Virus record (IMG/VR): IMGVR_UViG_3300010351_000784
Span: 30,475-94,474 of that record
Direction: 5' to 3' (one strand)
Length of the DNA: 64,000 bases
From: a virus
Lineage: Duplodnaviria > Caudoviricetes
This document shows, piece after piece, positions 22,518 to 34,600 of this stretch; the stretch's first letter is position 1; each line of letters begins with the position of its first letter. The notes under the pieces are model-generated. The model had not been told where the DNA came from, did not search any database, and saw nothing but the letters and a program-made list of their open reading frames with translations. Position numbers and translations under genes: made by a program.

Positions 22518-24087
22518 TGGGCGCGGCGCGTCAGGTAAAGCTTTACCAAATTCAACTTTAATTCCTACACCAAATGGATATAAAAAGGTTGGAGAAATAA
22601 AGGTAGGAGATTTTCTTTTTGATAGAAAAGGAAATCCAACCAAAGTATTGGGCGTATTTCCATAGGGAGAAAAAGAAGTATATAAAGTTTATTTTAAAAA
22701 TGGAAAAGTTGCAGAATGTTCTGAAGAACACTTATGGAATATACATAAACAAAGTTGGCATAGGGAGAAAAGTAAAAATAAATTTGAGCCATACACCTTA
22801 AAGCAAATTATTGAAGAAGGAGTTAAAGTTTCTGATAAAGCAGGATACCGATTTAAGATTCAAAACAATGAAGCAGTAAAATACCCTCATCAAAATTTAA
22901 AAATTCATCCTTATGTATTTGGCGTTTTTCTTGGTGATGGGTCTTGTTTAGAAAGACAATTAACTCTATCATCTAATGATATTGAGATTGTTGAAAGAGT
23001 TAATACCTTACTAAACGCAGGAGGGTATGTTAAAAAAAGTAAATTTAATTATAACTGGTATTTTTTGAATAGAGAAAAAAAGAAAAATAAAAATAATACG
23101 GATGTTAAATATATTCAAACATTAGATTTATTTAAAAATTATAGTGATAATATATGTCAATTAAGTTATAATAAAAGTATTCCAGATATTTATAAGTATA
23201 GCTCAATTGAACAAAGAATAGACTTATTATAGGGATTGATGGATACTGATGGTTCAATTGATAAAAACGGAAATATTAAATTTACTTCAACAAGTAAAAT
23301 ATTGATATATGACGTTAAAGAAATTATTGAATCATTGGGCTATTGGGCTACTATATATAAAGATACAAGAAATGATAAATATACTAATGAAATTTGTTAT
23401 CAATTAGGCATACATATGAATAATAAAGAAAAGGAAAAATTATTCTTTTTATCAAGAAAAAAAGATGTAGCAAAAGCCTTGCCAATTTCTATATTTGATT
23501 ATAATACAACCCAAATTATTAAAATTGAAAAAACAAATAAAAAAGAAGAAATGACTTGCTTTTTGGTTGATAATAAAGAACATTTATTTTTAATGAATAA
23601 TTATATCGTCACTCACAATACTACATTTGAAACAATGGTACAAAAGATTGCCGCGGCAAGAGGAAAGGAAGTAAAAGTCATTTCTACTATTACGTATGTA
23701 AAGGAAATTGCAAAGCTGTTTGGTTGGGATGGCGGTAAGACTCCAGAAGATAGACGATTCCTCTCAGACCTCAAAGATGCTCTAACTCGTTGGAAAGACC
23801 TTCCGTATCAGAAGGTTAAGAGCTTTATTGAGACTTATGAACAAAGTGATACTGACCTCTTATTTATTGATTGCCGCGAGCCTGAAGAAATTGCAAGATT
23901 CGTTAATGATTATGGCGCGCTTACAATTCTCGTTCAGCGTGGAGAGTTTGAATTGCTCGGCAACCATGCTGATGATAATGTTCTTAATTATCAGTACGAT
24001 GTAGTTATTGATAATAACAGAGGGCTTGACGAGTTAATGCAGGAAGCCACTATTTTTGAAGAAACTTTTGTAGATGAAGAAGATTGA
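22498..24087 (+). CDS. P-loop nucleotide (dNMP-type) kinase with intein (TAG=Gln)
   Basis: Extein NGRGASGK|TTFE; WDGGKTPEDRRFLSDLK; FIDCREPEE. Confidence 0.75.
22540..23619 (+). mobile_element. Class-3-type intein (Ala1) with LAGLIDADG domain, 360 aa
   Basis: Starts ALPNSTLI; SEEHLW; FLGDG; LL(TAG=Q)GLMDTDG; MTCFLV; ends VTHN|T. Confidence 0.85.
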
Positions 24088-24112
24088 CTTTCTGAAAAAA
24101 TTATTTTATAAT
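24084..24112 (+). promoter_or_regulatory. SigA-type promoter
   Basis: TTGACT-17 nt-TATAAT. Confidence 0.7.
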
Positions 24113-24178
24113 AATAATAGAAAATGAAAAGGAGAAATGTGCATGGAAATTATAATTGATGGTTTTGGAGATGATTAA

Positions 24179-24385
24179 ATGGCTTATGATTTAACGAATT
24201 AGCGATTTGGGAAATTAAAAGTTATAAAAAAATCAAAAAAGAAATCTAATAGAGGAATAATCTGGGAATGTCTTTGTGATTGCGGGAACATTTGTGAAGT
24301 TTGTTCTACTGATTTAAGAAAATAGGATACTAAATCATGTGGATGTCTACAAAGAGACAAATTTATACATAAAGGAGAGTACATA
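24179..24385 (+). pseudogene. Truncated homing endonuclease N-terminus, in frame with the ligase
   Basis: MAYDLTNQRFGKLKV...WECLCDCGN...L....TKSCGC motif. Confidence 0.7.
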
Positions 24386-25507
24386 ATGAAAGATATTATT
24401 ATTGATGGTTTTAATTTTACAACTATGGCAGCCCAAAAATATTACAGTTTTACATCTTCATTTAAAGGCGACAAAAAGACTAAAGCAAAAGAGTTAATTT
24501 TTTCAGATAGATATTTGGGCGCAAGAAAGATGGATGGAGCCTGGGCAATGATTATCAAGGACATGGACGGTAACTTCCATATGCGTAGCCGCACTGAGTC
24601 TGTTAATGGTGGCTATCAGGATAAGGCAGAATGGATTCCTCACATTTGTAAACAGCTTGCTGCAATTCCAAACGGTACTGCACTTGTTGGTGAGATTTAC
24701 TTCCCTGACAATGAAGGTAGTCGTAAGATTACATCAGTACTGAACTGTCTCAAGGATAAGTGCCTTGAAAGACAGAAAAAGAATGGATATCTTCATTTTT
24801 ACATTTTTGATATAATTGCTTGGAATGGTAAGTCAATGATTGATATGGAATTTAAGGATAGAATTAAATATCTTAATCTTGAACTTTTTAAAGACCTTGC
24901 AAATGTTGAAACAGCAAACTATGTAATGGGTGAAGACCTTTGGAATCTTTACAGTGAGATTATTGCCGCAGGTGGAGAAGGTATTGTAATCACTCGTGAG
25001 GATTGTCATTATCTTTGTGGTAAGAGAACGGCATGGATGACACTCAAGATGAAGAAAGAGTTGGAAGATACAATCGACGCTTTCATTGACGGTGATTACA
25101 AGACAGCAACTCGTCTTTACACCGGTAAGGAAATTGAGACTTGGACTTTCTGGGAAAATACAAAGACAGGTGAAAAGTTTAATACTTGCAAGTTCGATGA
25201 TTTTTCAAATGGTGTTCCTGTTGAGCCAGTTACTAAGCCTTACTTCTATGGTTGGGCAAGTGCAATATCATTCTCTGTAATGAACGGAGATAAGCCTGTT
25301 CATATTACTTGGATATCAGGTATAACTGATGAACTTAAGAAGGAAATCGTTACAAATCCTGACAAGTGGATTGGTAAGGTTGCAGAGCTTACTGCAATGG
25401 AAATTGAGCATATCGACAATGATTACACATTGCGTCATGGTAAAATTGAGAAATGGCGTAATGATAAGAATTCCACAGATTGCGAGTTCAGTCAGCTTAC
25501 TAAGTAA
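24386..25507 (+). CDS. ATP-dependent DNA ligase-like nucleotidyltransferase
   Basis: KMDG, GEIY, FDI, EGIV and LKMK motifs plus a C-terminal OB-like LRH...WRNDK segment. Confidence 0.8.
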   Translation: MKDIIIDGFNFTTMAAQKYYSFTSSFKGDKKTKAKELIFSDRYLGARKMDGAWAMIIKDMDGNFHMRSRTESVNGGYQDKAEWIPHICKQLAAIPNGTALVGEIYFPDNEGSRKITSVLNCLKDKCLERQKKNGYLHFYIFDIIAWNGKSMIDMEFKDRIKYLNLELFKDLANVETANYVMGEDLWNLYSEIIAAGGEGIVITREDCHYLCGKRTAWMTLKMKKELEDTIDAFIDGDYKTATRLYTGKEIETWTFWENTKTGEKFNTCKFDDFSNGVPVEPVTKPYFYGWASAISFSVMNGDKPVHITWISGITDELKKEIVTNPDKWIGKVAELTAMEIEHIDNDYTLRHGKIEKWRNDKNSTDCEFSQLTK

Positions 25508-25587
25508 AAAATTGGACTATAAACAATGTAAAACTACATTATATTAGTAGAGGTAGGTTCTATCCTACCTCATTTTTTTACAGTGAG

Positions 25588-26637
25588 GTGAAAGAAATGC
25601 ACGACGGTTATGTTTATGGAACATGGGTTCCTTACCCATATGACTTTGAAGCTCCATGTCAGACACCAAGTTCCGCCGCAAGATCTGCTCCAAAAGATTA
25701 TTCTTATGAAGTAGACGAGCCTTGTGAAAGACCTGCGTCTGTTCCAGAGTTCAAACCGGACCTTGTAATTAAGCCTGAGTTTGGTCCGACTCCGAATCCG
25801 CCAGGAACTCAAGAGCCTGTTGAGATGAAAATTCCTCGTATGCCATATCCGAAGAGACCAATTCTTGCGCCAATCCCTCCTCAGTTACCACCAAAGCATA
25901 CACAGGTACAGCCTCGCTGTTTTACTTGTCGTCACTTTGAAATGTGTGGTTTTAAGAAGGACTATCTTAAGACCATAACTTTGGTATAGAACAGTCTCGG
26001 CGCACCACAAGCAAGTTATGAAATTACAGATAAGTACATTATAATCCCAGACTTTGTTGGTTTCCCTCTTGCAAATGAGGATAAATACTTCCCTAAAGAG
26101 GTCGACTTTGACAACATAGACCATAAAGGTCATTTATTCCTTGCAAAATTCAACGGTATCAACTATGTAAATGTTGTATATCTTGAAGGTCATCACTATA
26201 TTCTTATTCAATTAGAATATAGTAAGGATACTGAGCTTTATGAACTTAAGTCTTGTGAAGAAGCTTTCTATGGAGTTAAATATGAATTATCTGCAAAGTC
26301 TCTTGAAGAAATTCAGCTCGGACTTATTGAATGGAGAGAGGTTATTGTAAATGCTCAAAAACCACCTCCGCCGCCAAGAAAAGATATTATCAATACAACA
26401 CACTTTTCTGCAAATTTGAATTGTGATATGTATGATTGGAACAAGGAAACTACTGAGCAGGCAATCGCAAGATTGGTAAAACAGTTCCCATATGGTATTC
26501 CAATTGATGAAGACGGTCACAGATTCTATCATGTAGCTACTTTCCATATTGCAAATGGAGAAGTTCCTTATTCTCCATACTTCCCACCTAAGCCGCCGAA
26601 ACCTAAGAGACCACTTAAAAGATTTGGAGATATGTAA
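25588..26637 (+). CDS. Proline-rich hypothetical protein (349 aa; TAG=Gln)
   Basis: ORFs 25588-25989 and 26416-26637 are co-frame; CxxC motif. Confidence 0.65.
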
Positions 26638-27032
26638 TGTCAAAAGGAGAAGAAAAAGTTGAAAAACTCCTACGCTCACATAATCTTTATTTCCAAAAAG
26701 AAGTTTCCTTTCCTGACTTAAAAAGTTTAAAAGGAAATTTATTAAGATTTGATTTTATCGTTTATGATAAAAATAATAAAATTATTTGCGCCATAGAGAT
26801 AGATGGAGAACAACACTTTCATAGAGTTCCCCATTTTCAGAAAACTGTTTCTGAATTTAAACAGACTCAAGAGTGGGACAGACGTAAAAACGCTTACTGC
26901 TTAAGGAAGAAGATACCTCTGATAAGAGTACCTTATTGGGATTACAATAATCTCACTTTTGAGTCTTTATTTACTAACCCGGCGTATAAAGTTTCTTCGA
27001 AATACCATAATGATTTATTAAATCGGAGGTGA
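26637..27032 (+). CDS. PD-(D/E)XK / Vsr-like endonuclease
   Basis: SKGE...LRFDF...IEIDGEQH...D..KN.YC....IPLIRVPY. Confidence 0.7.
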   Translation: MSKGEEKVEKLLRSHNLYFQKEVSFPDLKSLKGNLLRFDFIVYDKNNKIICAIEIDGEQHFHRVPHFQKTVSEFKQTQEWDRRKNAYCLRKKIPLIRVPYWDYNNLTFESLFTNPAYKVSSKYHNDLLNRR

Positions 27033-27036
27033 GAAT

Positions 27037-27510
27037 GTGAACGAAGTAATAATCGCTGCTATTGCCGCGGGACTTGGTTCTGTAATAACAATCGTTGGCA
27101 AAGTAATTGTTGACATTATTAAGGCAAAGAAGGAACCAGACCAAGCTGATTTAGAATTGAAAGACAGTCTTCAAAGAGAAAAGGAAAAGAATGATGCGGC
27201 TATCCAAGCATTCACTGATTTTGGAAAAGAGATTAAAAGAGCTGTAGATGAGCTCAAAAGTGAGGTAACTCAGAAAATTGAGGAAATGGATGAGAGAATT
27301 GAATCATATCGCAAGGAAACACGCGAAATCAATAGGTCTGAGATTAGACACTCTATTACTCAGATTTATTTTGAACATTGTAATGATAAGGCCTTAGATA
27401 TGAGAACCAAGGAAGACCTTTGCTCATTGTATAATGTGTACAGTAATATTGGAGGAAATTCCTTTGCACATGAGCTATATGAAGAAATGATGACTTGGCA
27501 AGTTAAATAA
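27037..27510 (+). CDS. Membrane-anchored coiled-coil phage protein
   Basis: N-terminal TM helix; C-terminal LY..Y..IGGNS motif common in phage holin-like proteins. Confidence 0.6.
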   Translation: MNEVIIAAIAAGLGSVITIVGKVIVDIIKAKKEPDQADLELKDSLQREKEKNDAAIQAFTDFGKEIKRAVDELKSEVTQKIEEMDERIESYRKETREINRSEIRHSITQIYFEHCNDKALDMRTKEDLCSLYNVYSNIGGNSFAHELYEEMMTWQVK

Positions 27511-27518
27511 TGTAATTT

Positions 27519-27574
27519 TGAGGGCAGGCAACTGCCCTCATTTTGTTGACTTTTTATAAAAATTAAGATATAAT
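27519..27574 (+). terminator. Terminator followed by a SigA promoter
   Basis: TGAGGGCAG-GCAA-CTGCCCTCA-TTTT, then TTGACT (27546)-17 nt-TATAAT. Confidence 0.7.
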
Positions 27575-27701
27575 AAAAATAGATTAAATGAAAAGGGAAA
27601 TGAATATCGAAACCTTACGGTAAAGATAGTGGTATGATTACTAATGGCGTTCCTTGTTTTAAGAAAGATGATATTTGCGAGCATTATGAGGAGGATGTAG
27701 G

Positions 27702-28274
27702 ATGATTGAAAAGTTTATTATTTATACTGACGGGGCTGCAACAATGAGAAAAGTTGATGGACAGTACGTTCGTGAAGCAGGTGGCTGGGCATATGCAGTT
27801 CTCGACGAAAATGAAAAAATATTATTTGACAACTATGGTCACGCAGATAATACAACAAATCATGAAATGGAACTCAATGCAATCTTCCAAGGTCTTATAA
27901 GATTTAATGGTCTTGGCTATACTGGTAAGACCGTTGAAATTCGTTCTGACTCTGCTTACTGTGTAAACATTTTCAATGACTGGATTAAGGGCTGGAAAGC
28001 TAACGACTGGACTCGTGGCAAAAAGCATGAGCCTATTGAGAATGTTACACTTATTAAGAATATTGACTGGGCACTTAGCGAAGCAACTCGCTACTTCAAT
28101 AAAGTTACATTCGTTAAAGTAAAGGGACACGCAAATGACGAGTGGAATAACTATGTTGATAAGCTTGCAGTTGATGGAAAAGAAAGAAGATGGAGAAAGC
28201 AGGAAGATGACGCAATGCTTCTCTTTGGTGTTGTCCCTCCAAATCCAATCCCGAAAGTTTGCGCTGAGAAATAA
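27702..28274 (+). CDS. rnhA: Ribonuclease HI
   Basis: IYTDGA, TTNHEMEL, SDSAY, KVKGHA and N..VDKLA motifs. Confidence 0.9.
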   Translation: MIEKFIIYTDGAATMRKVDGQYVREAGGWAYAVLDENEKILFDNYGHADNTTNHEMELNAIFQGLIRFNGLGYTGKTVEIRSDSAYCVNIFNDWIKGWKANDWTRGKKHEPIENVTLIKNIDWALSEATRYFNKVTFVKVKGHANDEWNNYVDKLAVDGKERRWRKQEDDAMLLFGVVPPNPIPKVCAEK

Positions 28275-28360
28275 TTAAAAGGAAATCAGGTGGTTCGACT
28301 CGAATGACACCAAATCATTAGAGTTTGACTATCTGATTTTTACTTTATAATTACCATGTC

Positions 28361-28389
28361 TTGACTTTTAAAGTTGGATGTGGTATAAT
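28361..28389 (+). promoter_or_regulatory. SigA-type promoter of the nrd operon
   Basis: TTGACT-17 nt-TATAAT with TG. Confidence 0.7.
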
Positions 28390-28420
28390 TATAATAGAAT
28401 AAATAAAAAGGAGTGAGGAT

Positions 28421-28663
28421 ATGGCTAATATAAGACTTTATTCTACTGGCTGTCCAAAGTGTAATGTACTTAAAAAGAAGCTTGATGCTTTAAATGCCAA
28501 GTATGATGTCATTACAGACGCGGATGAAATTAAAGGAATTTGTGAAGCAACTCATAATGATTCATTGCCTATCTTACAGGTTGATGAAGCATGGGGAACA
28601 GTAACCTATGATTTTGCAAGAGCAATTGACTGGATGAAAAAGGTAGGTGAGAGCAATGCTTAA
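28421..28663 (+). CDS. Glutaredoxin/NrdH-like redoxin
   Basis: YSTGCPKC CxxC motif and LPILQV. Confidence 0.75.
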   Translation: MANIRLYSTGCPKCNVLKKKLDALNAKYDVITDADEIKGICEATHNDSLPILQVDEAWGTVTYDFARAIDWMKKVGESNA

Positions 28664-31600
28664 TATTGGAAGAAAGAATAAAAATTTCACAACTCAGTGG
28701 AATAAACTGTAGAACGAATTTGGTACAGAGCTTGCCTATTTAAACGGCTTTGGTGATGACCAGCTTTCTCTCGGAGAATTTATTGACAATTTCGTTGACG
28801 AGCCAGTTGTAGCTGATAGCTCAATTGACTCAAACAGTAATGTAAGAAGAAAAGATATTGTAACCCTTCTTTCAGAAATGCCAAAGCCACACAGAAAGGT
28901 TATGGCTTTTCAGAAGATTTATTATGAAATGCAGAAGGAGTATGGTTTCAAGGCTGCTAATGAATGGCTTCGCCGCGAGTGGATGGGTGAAATGTAAACA
29001 ACTTGCCCTTAGATTACTTTTCCCTTTATCAAGGGGGTTCATATTTAATATGAGCTAACGAGGAAGGCTTTTGCTAATCTCGTGGGAATTTATTTACGAA
29101 AAATCTTTTTTGTTTTGTCAAGGAGGTTTACTTATGAAAAAAGATATTTATGTAATTACCAATATAATTACTGGGATGCAATATGTGGGACAGAGTTCTA
29201 ATGCTCAAAAAAGATTTCTTGCTCATAAACAAGCTAAAGATGGGACAGTTTTTCATCAAGTTATTAGGAATTATGGTCCAGAAAATTTCTTTATAGAAGT
29301 ATTAGAAGAACAAATCGAAAATTTTAATGAAAGAGAAAAGTATTGGATTAAAAAATTGAATACCCTATACCCTACTGGATATAATATGACCAAAGGCGGA
29401 GAGGGGTATCCTCACTTAAATGGAGAGCTTTCTTATCAGAGTAAATTAACTAATGTTCAAGTGAACCAAATTATAGATTTACTCTTAAATTCTTCATTAT
29501 CTCAAGAGCAAATAGGTGAAAAGTTTAATGTTACACAAGAAATTATTAGTAACATAAACAGAGGGAAAACATATTTTAGAACAAATTGTTCTTATCCTAT
29601 TCGCTCCACAAAAGAAAAAGAACAAGAAGCATCTCAAATCATTTCTGAAATTTTAAATAATAAAAATTTAACTTTAAAACAAATCGCAAAAAATCATCCA
29701 AATTTTTCTTATTTTATGATAAAAGCAATTAACGAAGGAAAGAGTTACAGAAAAAAAGATTTAAAATATCCTCTTGCTATTGAAACTGGCAATAAATTAA
29801 AAGAAAATGATATTATTGCGATAAAAAGTTTCTTGGAGCATGATGATTTAACTATTATTGATATTGCAAATTTTTTTCACGTAAACAAGCAAGCCATAGA
29901 AAAAATTAACCAAGGAGAAGCTCATTTTCATCCCTCTTGGGATTATCCTCTTAGGAAGCATGCTGTTTACAAGAAAAATATTTCTATTGAGGATTTAAAT
30001 CAAATTAAATTTTTGTTAAAAAATTCAGACCTCTCTTTTCGAGAAATTGCTCGGCGGATGAATATTAAGTCCCATAGCACTATTAGTAATATCAATAGTG
30101 GAAAAACTAAAGCATATTTTGAACCCAATGAAAATTATCCAATTCGTAAATAAAAGCCTGTAACGACTACCTCGTGAAGAGGACTACAAATGCTATTGAT
30201 ACGCATTTGGAAAGAGTAATTATTTGTCTTCAAAAGGCAAATCTAAAAAATAGTCTAATAATTGGAGTTGTATTTACATGACTCAGATACTGCAACCTTC
30301 AAGTCTTATTGTTTTGCTTACGATTTAAAGGATTTGGCTGAAAAGGGATTGTTTTTCCTTGGTGACACCTTTAATGCTAAGCCGCCAAAGCACTTGACAA
30401 CTTTTGTTGACTTCGTAAAAGAGTATATCAACTTTGCAAGTAACAGAACTTCGGGTGAATTTGCTGCGCCCATATGTTTCTTTTCTGCTTACCAGCAGGG
30501 TCGCATTTGCGGCTAACGGGGGAGGCTAAGTGAATGAATAATTCATATGTTAGTCCCGTGGGAATCATTAGAAAAGATATCTACATTATTAAAAACAACA
30601 TTAACACTAAAGTTTATATAGGACAAGCTTTAGATAGTAAAAAGAGATTTCAATCTCATTGTAAAGGCGATTATGATAATTCTTTAATTGATAAAACAAT
30701 TCAAAAATACGGAAAAGAACATTTTTGGTTTGAAATTTTAGAGTCTCAAATTGAAAATTACAATGAAAGAGAAAAATATTGGATTAAATATTATAATTCA
30801 AAAAAGCCATTCGGATATAATATCCTTGATGGCGGAAATGAGCCTCCTATTTTTTATGGAGATGAACATTCTAATACTAAAATTTCAGATGAGGATGTGC
30901 TTAAACTAAAAATAGACTTGGCAACAACTCAAATTTCTTTATCTCAGTTGGCAAAGAAATATAATATTTCTAAAAGACAAGTATTGAGAATAAATCAAGG
31001 CATTAGTCGAGCTTTATTAAATGAAAAGTATCCAATTAGGAAAAATTCTAATATAAATGGAAAAATAACAGAAGAAGATGTAGATAATATTATTGATATT
31101 CTCAAATACACTTATCGTTTTAATGGAGATATTGCAAGAGAATATGGAGTTGAAGTTCATGCTATTTCTAAAATAAACGCTGGAATTACACATCATAGGG
31201 ATAATATTCAATATCCAATTAGAAATTGGAAGAGCAGCGGTGTAATATTATTTACTTATGAACAAGTTTCTGATATTATTGACGCTTTATTAAACACAAA
31301 AGAAAGCATACAATCTTTAGCAAAAAAATATAATGTAGATAGAAGAGCCATTGAAGGAATTAACCGTGGCACTTCAAAAAAATATTTTCGTGAAGGACTG
31401 TCCTACCCATTACGAAAATTCTAATGAAGCCTGTATCGACTATCCACGCTAAGTGGAGTACTCTTGCTATTGGTACGTGAGGGGACAGAGAAACACTGCG
31501 ACAAAGGTCGTAGGAAAATCCAGTCAGTCCCGATAGAAATATCGGAGTTCCGACGGCAGTCGGATTACCAAACCTTATTCCTTATATGTATTACTTCTGG

Positions 31601-34600
31601 AAAGAAGACCAGAAGAAGGCTTACTTTGGCATTACAGAATGGGACGAGTATGCTTATCAGAACATTCAGAGATTTATTTATGCCGTTAATCAGCCTTGCG
31701 TAAGGGATAGAATCTAATTAGAACTGTCCATTTATTACTTTTCCAGTAATCACTGGGGTCACTTAAATAGTGGCTAACGAGGGAGCCTGGAGCCCTGTCG
31801 GGAGACATAGGTATGGTAATCTCGTGGGAATCATTTAATTGCTCTAATAAAATAAAAATAAAGGAGGTGAATAGATGGAAAAATATATTTATATAATCAA
31901 AAATAATATTAACAATAAGGTTTATATCGGTCAATCCAATAATCCTAAACATAGATTTAATCAACATTGCCGCCCTAATAATGATAATAGTTTAATAGAT
32001 TTAGCTATACAAAAATACGGTAAAGAACATTTTACTATGTCAATATTAGAAGGTCCAATAAAAAACTATAATGAACGAGAAAAATATTATATACTCAAAT
32101 ATAAATCTTTAAGACCAAATGGATATAATATTCTTGAAGGAGGAAATGAACCGCCTCTTTTTAAAGGCATTGAACATCCTGAAGCAAAATTTAAAACTAA
32201 TATAGAATTAGAAAAAATTGTTTCAGATTTAAAATTCACAAAAAATAGTATAAGAGATATTGCAAAAAAATTTAATATATCTTCCTCTTGTGTAAATGAT
32301 GTTAATTTAGGAAATACTTATTATAATTTAAATGTTGAATATCCGCTTAGAAAAAATCCTAATCCAACTGGTAAACTTACTCAAGAAGATATTGAAGAAA
32401 TTATATATTCTCTAAAATTTAGTTATTCTTCTTATGAAGATATTGGAAAAAGATATGGAGTAGAGGGAAGGACTATTTCAAGAATAAACAGTGGAATTTA
32501 TCATAAACAAAATAATATTTCTTATCCAATTAGACAATATCGAGCAACAAAAAATGCTGGTCAATTAACTTATCATCAAGTCTCAGAAATTATTGAACTA
32601 ATTTCTACAACAAAAATAAGTTTAAGACAAATTGCGCTACAATATAATGTGGCTCCAAATATAATAATTGGTATTAAAAATGGTTCAACAAAAATGTATA
32701 GGAGAGATAATCTTATCTATCCACTTAGAGCAAATAATTAAATGAAGCCTGTATCGACTATCCTCACGAAGAGGAGTACCTCCGCTATTGATACGCGGCG
32801 GGAAAGAGTAATATTACTTTTAACTAAGTAATAAAAAATAGTCAGCGCATAATGAAAATTATGATAACGTGGGTTAGCAGTCTGCTTTTACAAATACATC
32901 AGTATTTGACAGAGAATATTTGATGGCTTTGTTCGGTGGTTCAGAGTTTCCAAATGGCGAACTTATGGTTGACCACATTGATGGTATTATGGATTTCCAA
33001 AAGCTTTATATGAAAGCTATGAGTGATATTCGTTCAGAGAATATGTTTACATTCCCTATTTCTACGATTTCACTTGTAAGAAAGGATGGAGAGTTCCTTG
33101 ACCCTGAGTTTGCAGAGTGGGGAATTGGACATAATATGAGGTGGAGTGATTCAAACCTCTTCATTGATGATAATGTTTCAAGCCTTTCTAATTGTTGCCG
33201 CCTTAAGAGCGATATTCGCGACCTTGGGTATGTAATAAATGCCCTATTATCCCTTTACCAGTAATCTCTGGGGTATACTTTAAAGTATGCTAACGGGGAA
33301 ACCTGAAGCCCCTGTCGTGAGACATAGGTATGGCAATCCCGTGGGAAGTCTTTTCATCTATAATTTCTCTCAGCTTAGAGAGGTGATATAGTGAAGAAAA
33401 GCATTTATGTAATCAAAAATAAAATCAATAATAAAGTTTATGTGGGTCAAGCAATAGACCCACAACATAGATTTATAGCTCATTTATCAAGAGCCAAAAT
33501 GAATGCTGATAACTCTCCTATTCATGACGCAATAGAAGCATTAGGTAAAGAAAATTTCTATTATGAAATTTTAGAAAAAAATATTGAAGATTATAATGAA
33601 AAGGAGAAATATTGGATAAAAAAATTAAATTGTAAAATTCCTAATGGATATAATTTAACGGATGGCGGCGAAGAGCCACCGACATTTTATGGAGAAAATC
33701 ATCCAAGAAGTGTAATATCTGATAAAACAGTATATGATATTATTAACGATTTAAAATAGAGTAAATTAACACAAGCACAAATTGCTGAAAAATATAATGT
33801 TAATACACAAATGATTACTTCAATTAACCATGGTACAACTCATAAAATAAATTGTGTTGATTATCCAATTAGAAAAGGAACTCCATATCATTTGTTACCA
33901 GAAGAAGTTGATAATATACAATGGTTATTACTTAATAGGGAATTTACAATAAAGACTATTGCAGAATACTTCCACGTATCGGAAGGAACAATAAAACACA
34001 TAAATGCTGGAAGAAATTATAAAAATTCTGCTCTATCTTATCCGTTAAAAACAGGTAGAGCAAAAGGTGAAAAGGAACCTGTATCGACTATCCTCGCCAA
34101 GAGGAGTACACTTACTATTGATACGTAAGTGGAAATGGGGATATGCTTACACAGGATATGTAAGTATAAGAGATAGTCAGTGCCCACAGAAATGTGGGGT
34201 TACACGATTTTAATTCCATTGGTGGTACTGCATTGAAAGTTGGTTCTGTTAAGGTTAATACAATTAACTTGACAAGACTTGCTCTTGATACAAATACAAA
34301 AGAAGAGTATCTTGAAGAATTGAAGAACAGAACTCTTTGTATTGTCCGTTCACTTCATGTTGTTCGTCACATCATTAAGAGAAATGTTGAAAAGGGATTA
34401 CTTCCTAACTTCAGCTTTAGTCTTATTGATTTTGAACATCTTTACAACACAATCGGCTTTATTGGTATTTATGAAACAATGAAGAAGTTCGGTTGTACAT
34501 ATCAGGATAAACTTGGTAATACATATTACACACAGGAAGCTGCTGATTTCGGTAAGCAGATTTTCGATACAATGAGAGAAGTTGCAGATAAGTTCCTTGA

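Noticed and set aside
28290-28302. GGTTCGACTC resembling a tRNA T-loop (possible suppressor tRNA)
   Set aside because: No cloverleaf, anticodon arm or acceptor stem; it is part of a simple long hairpin.
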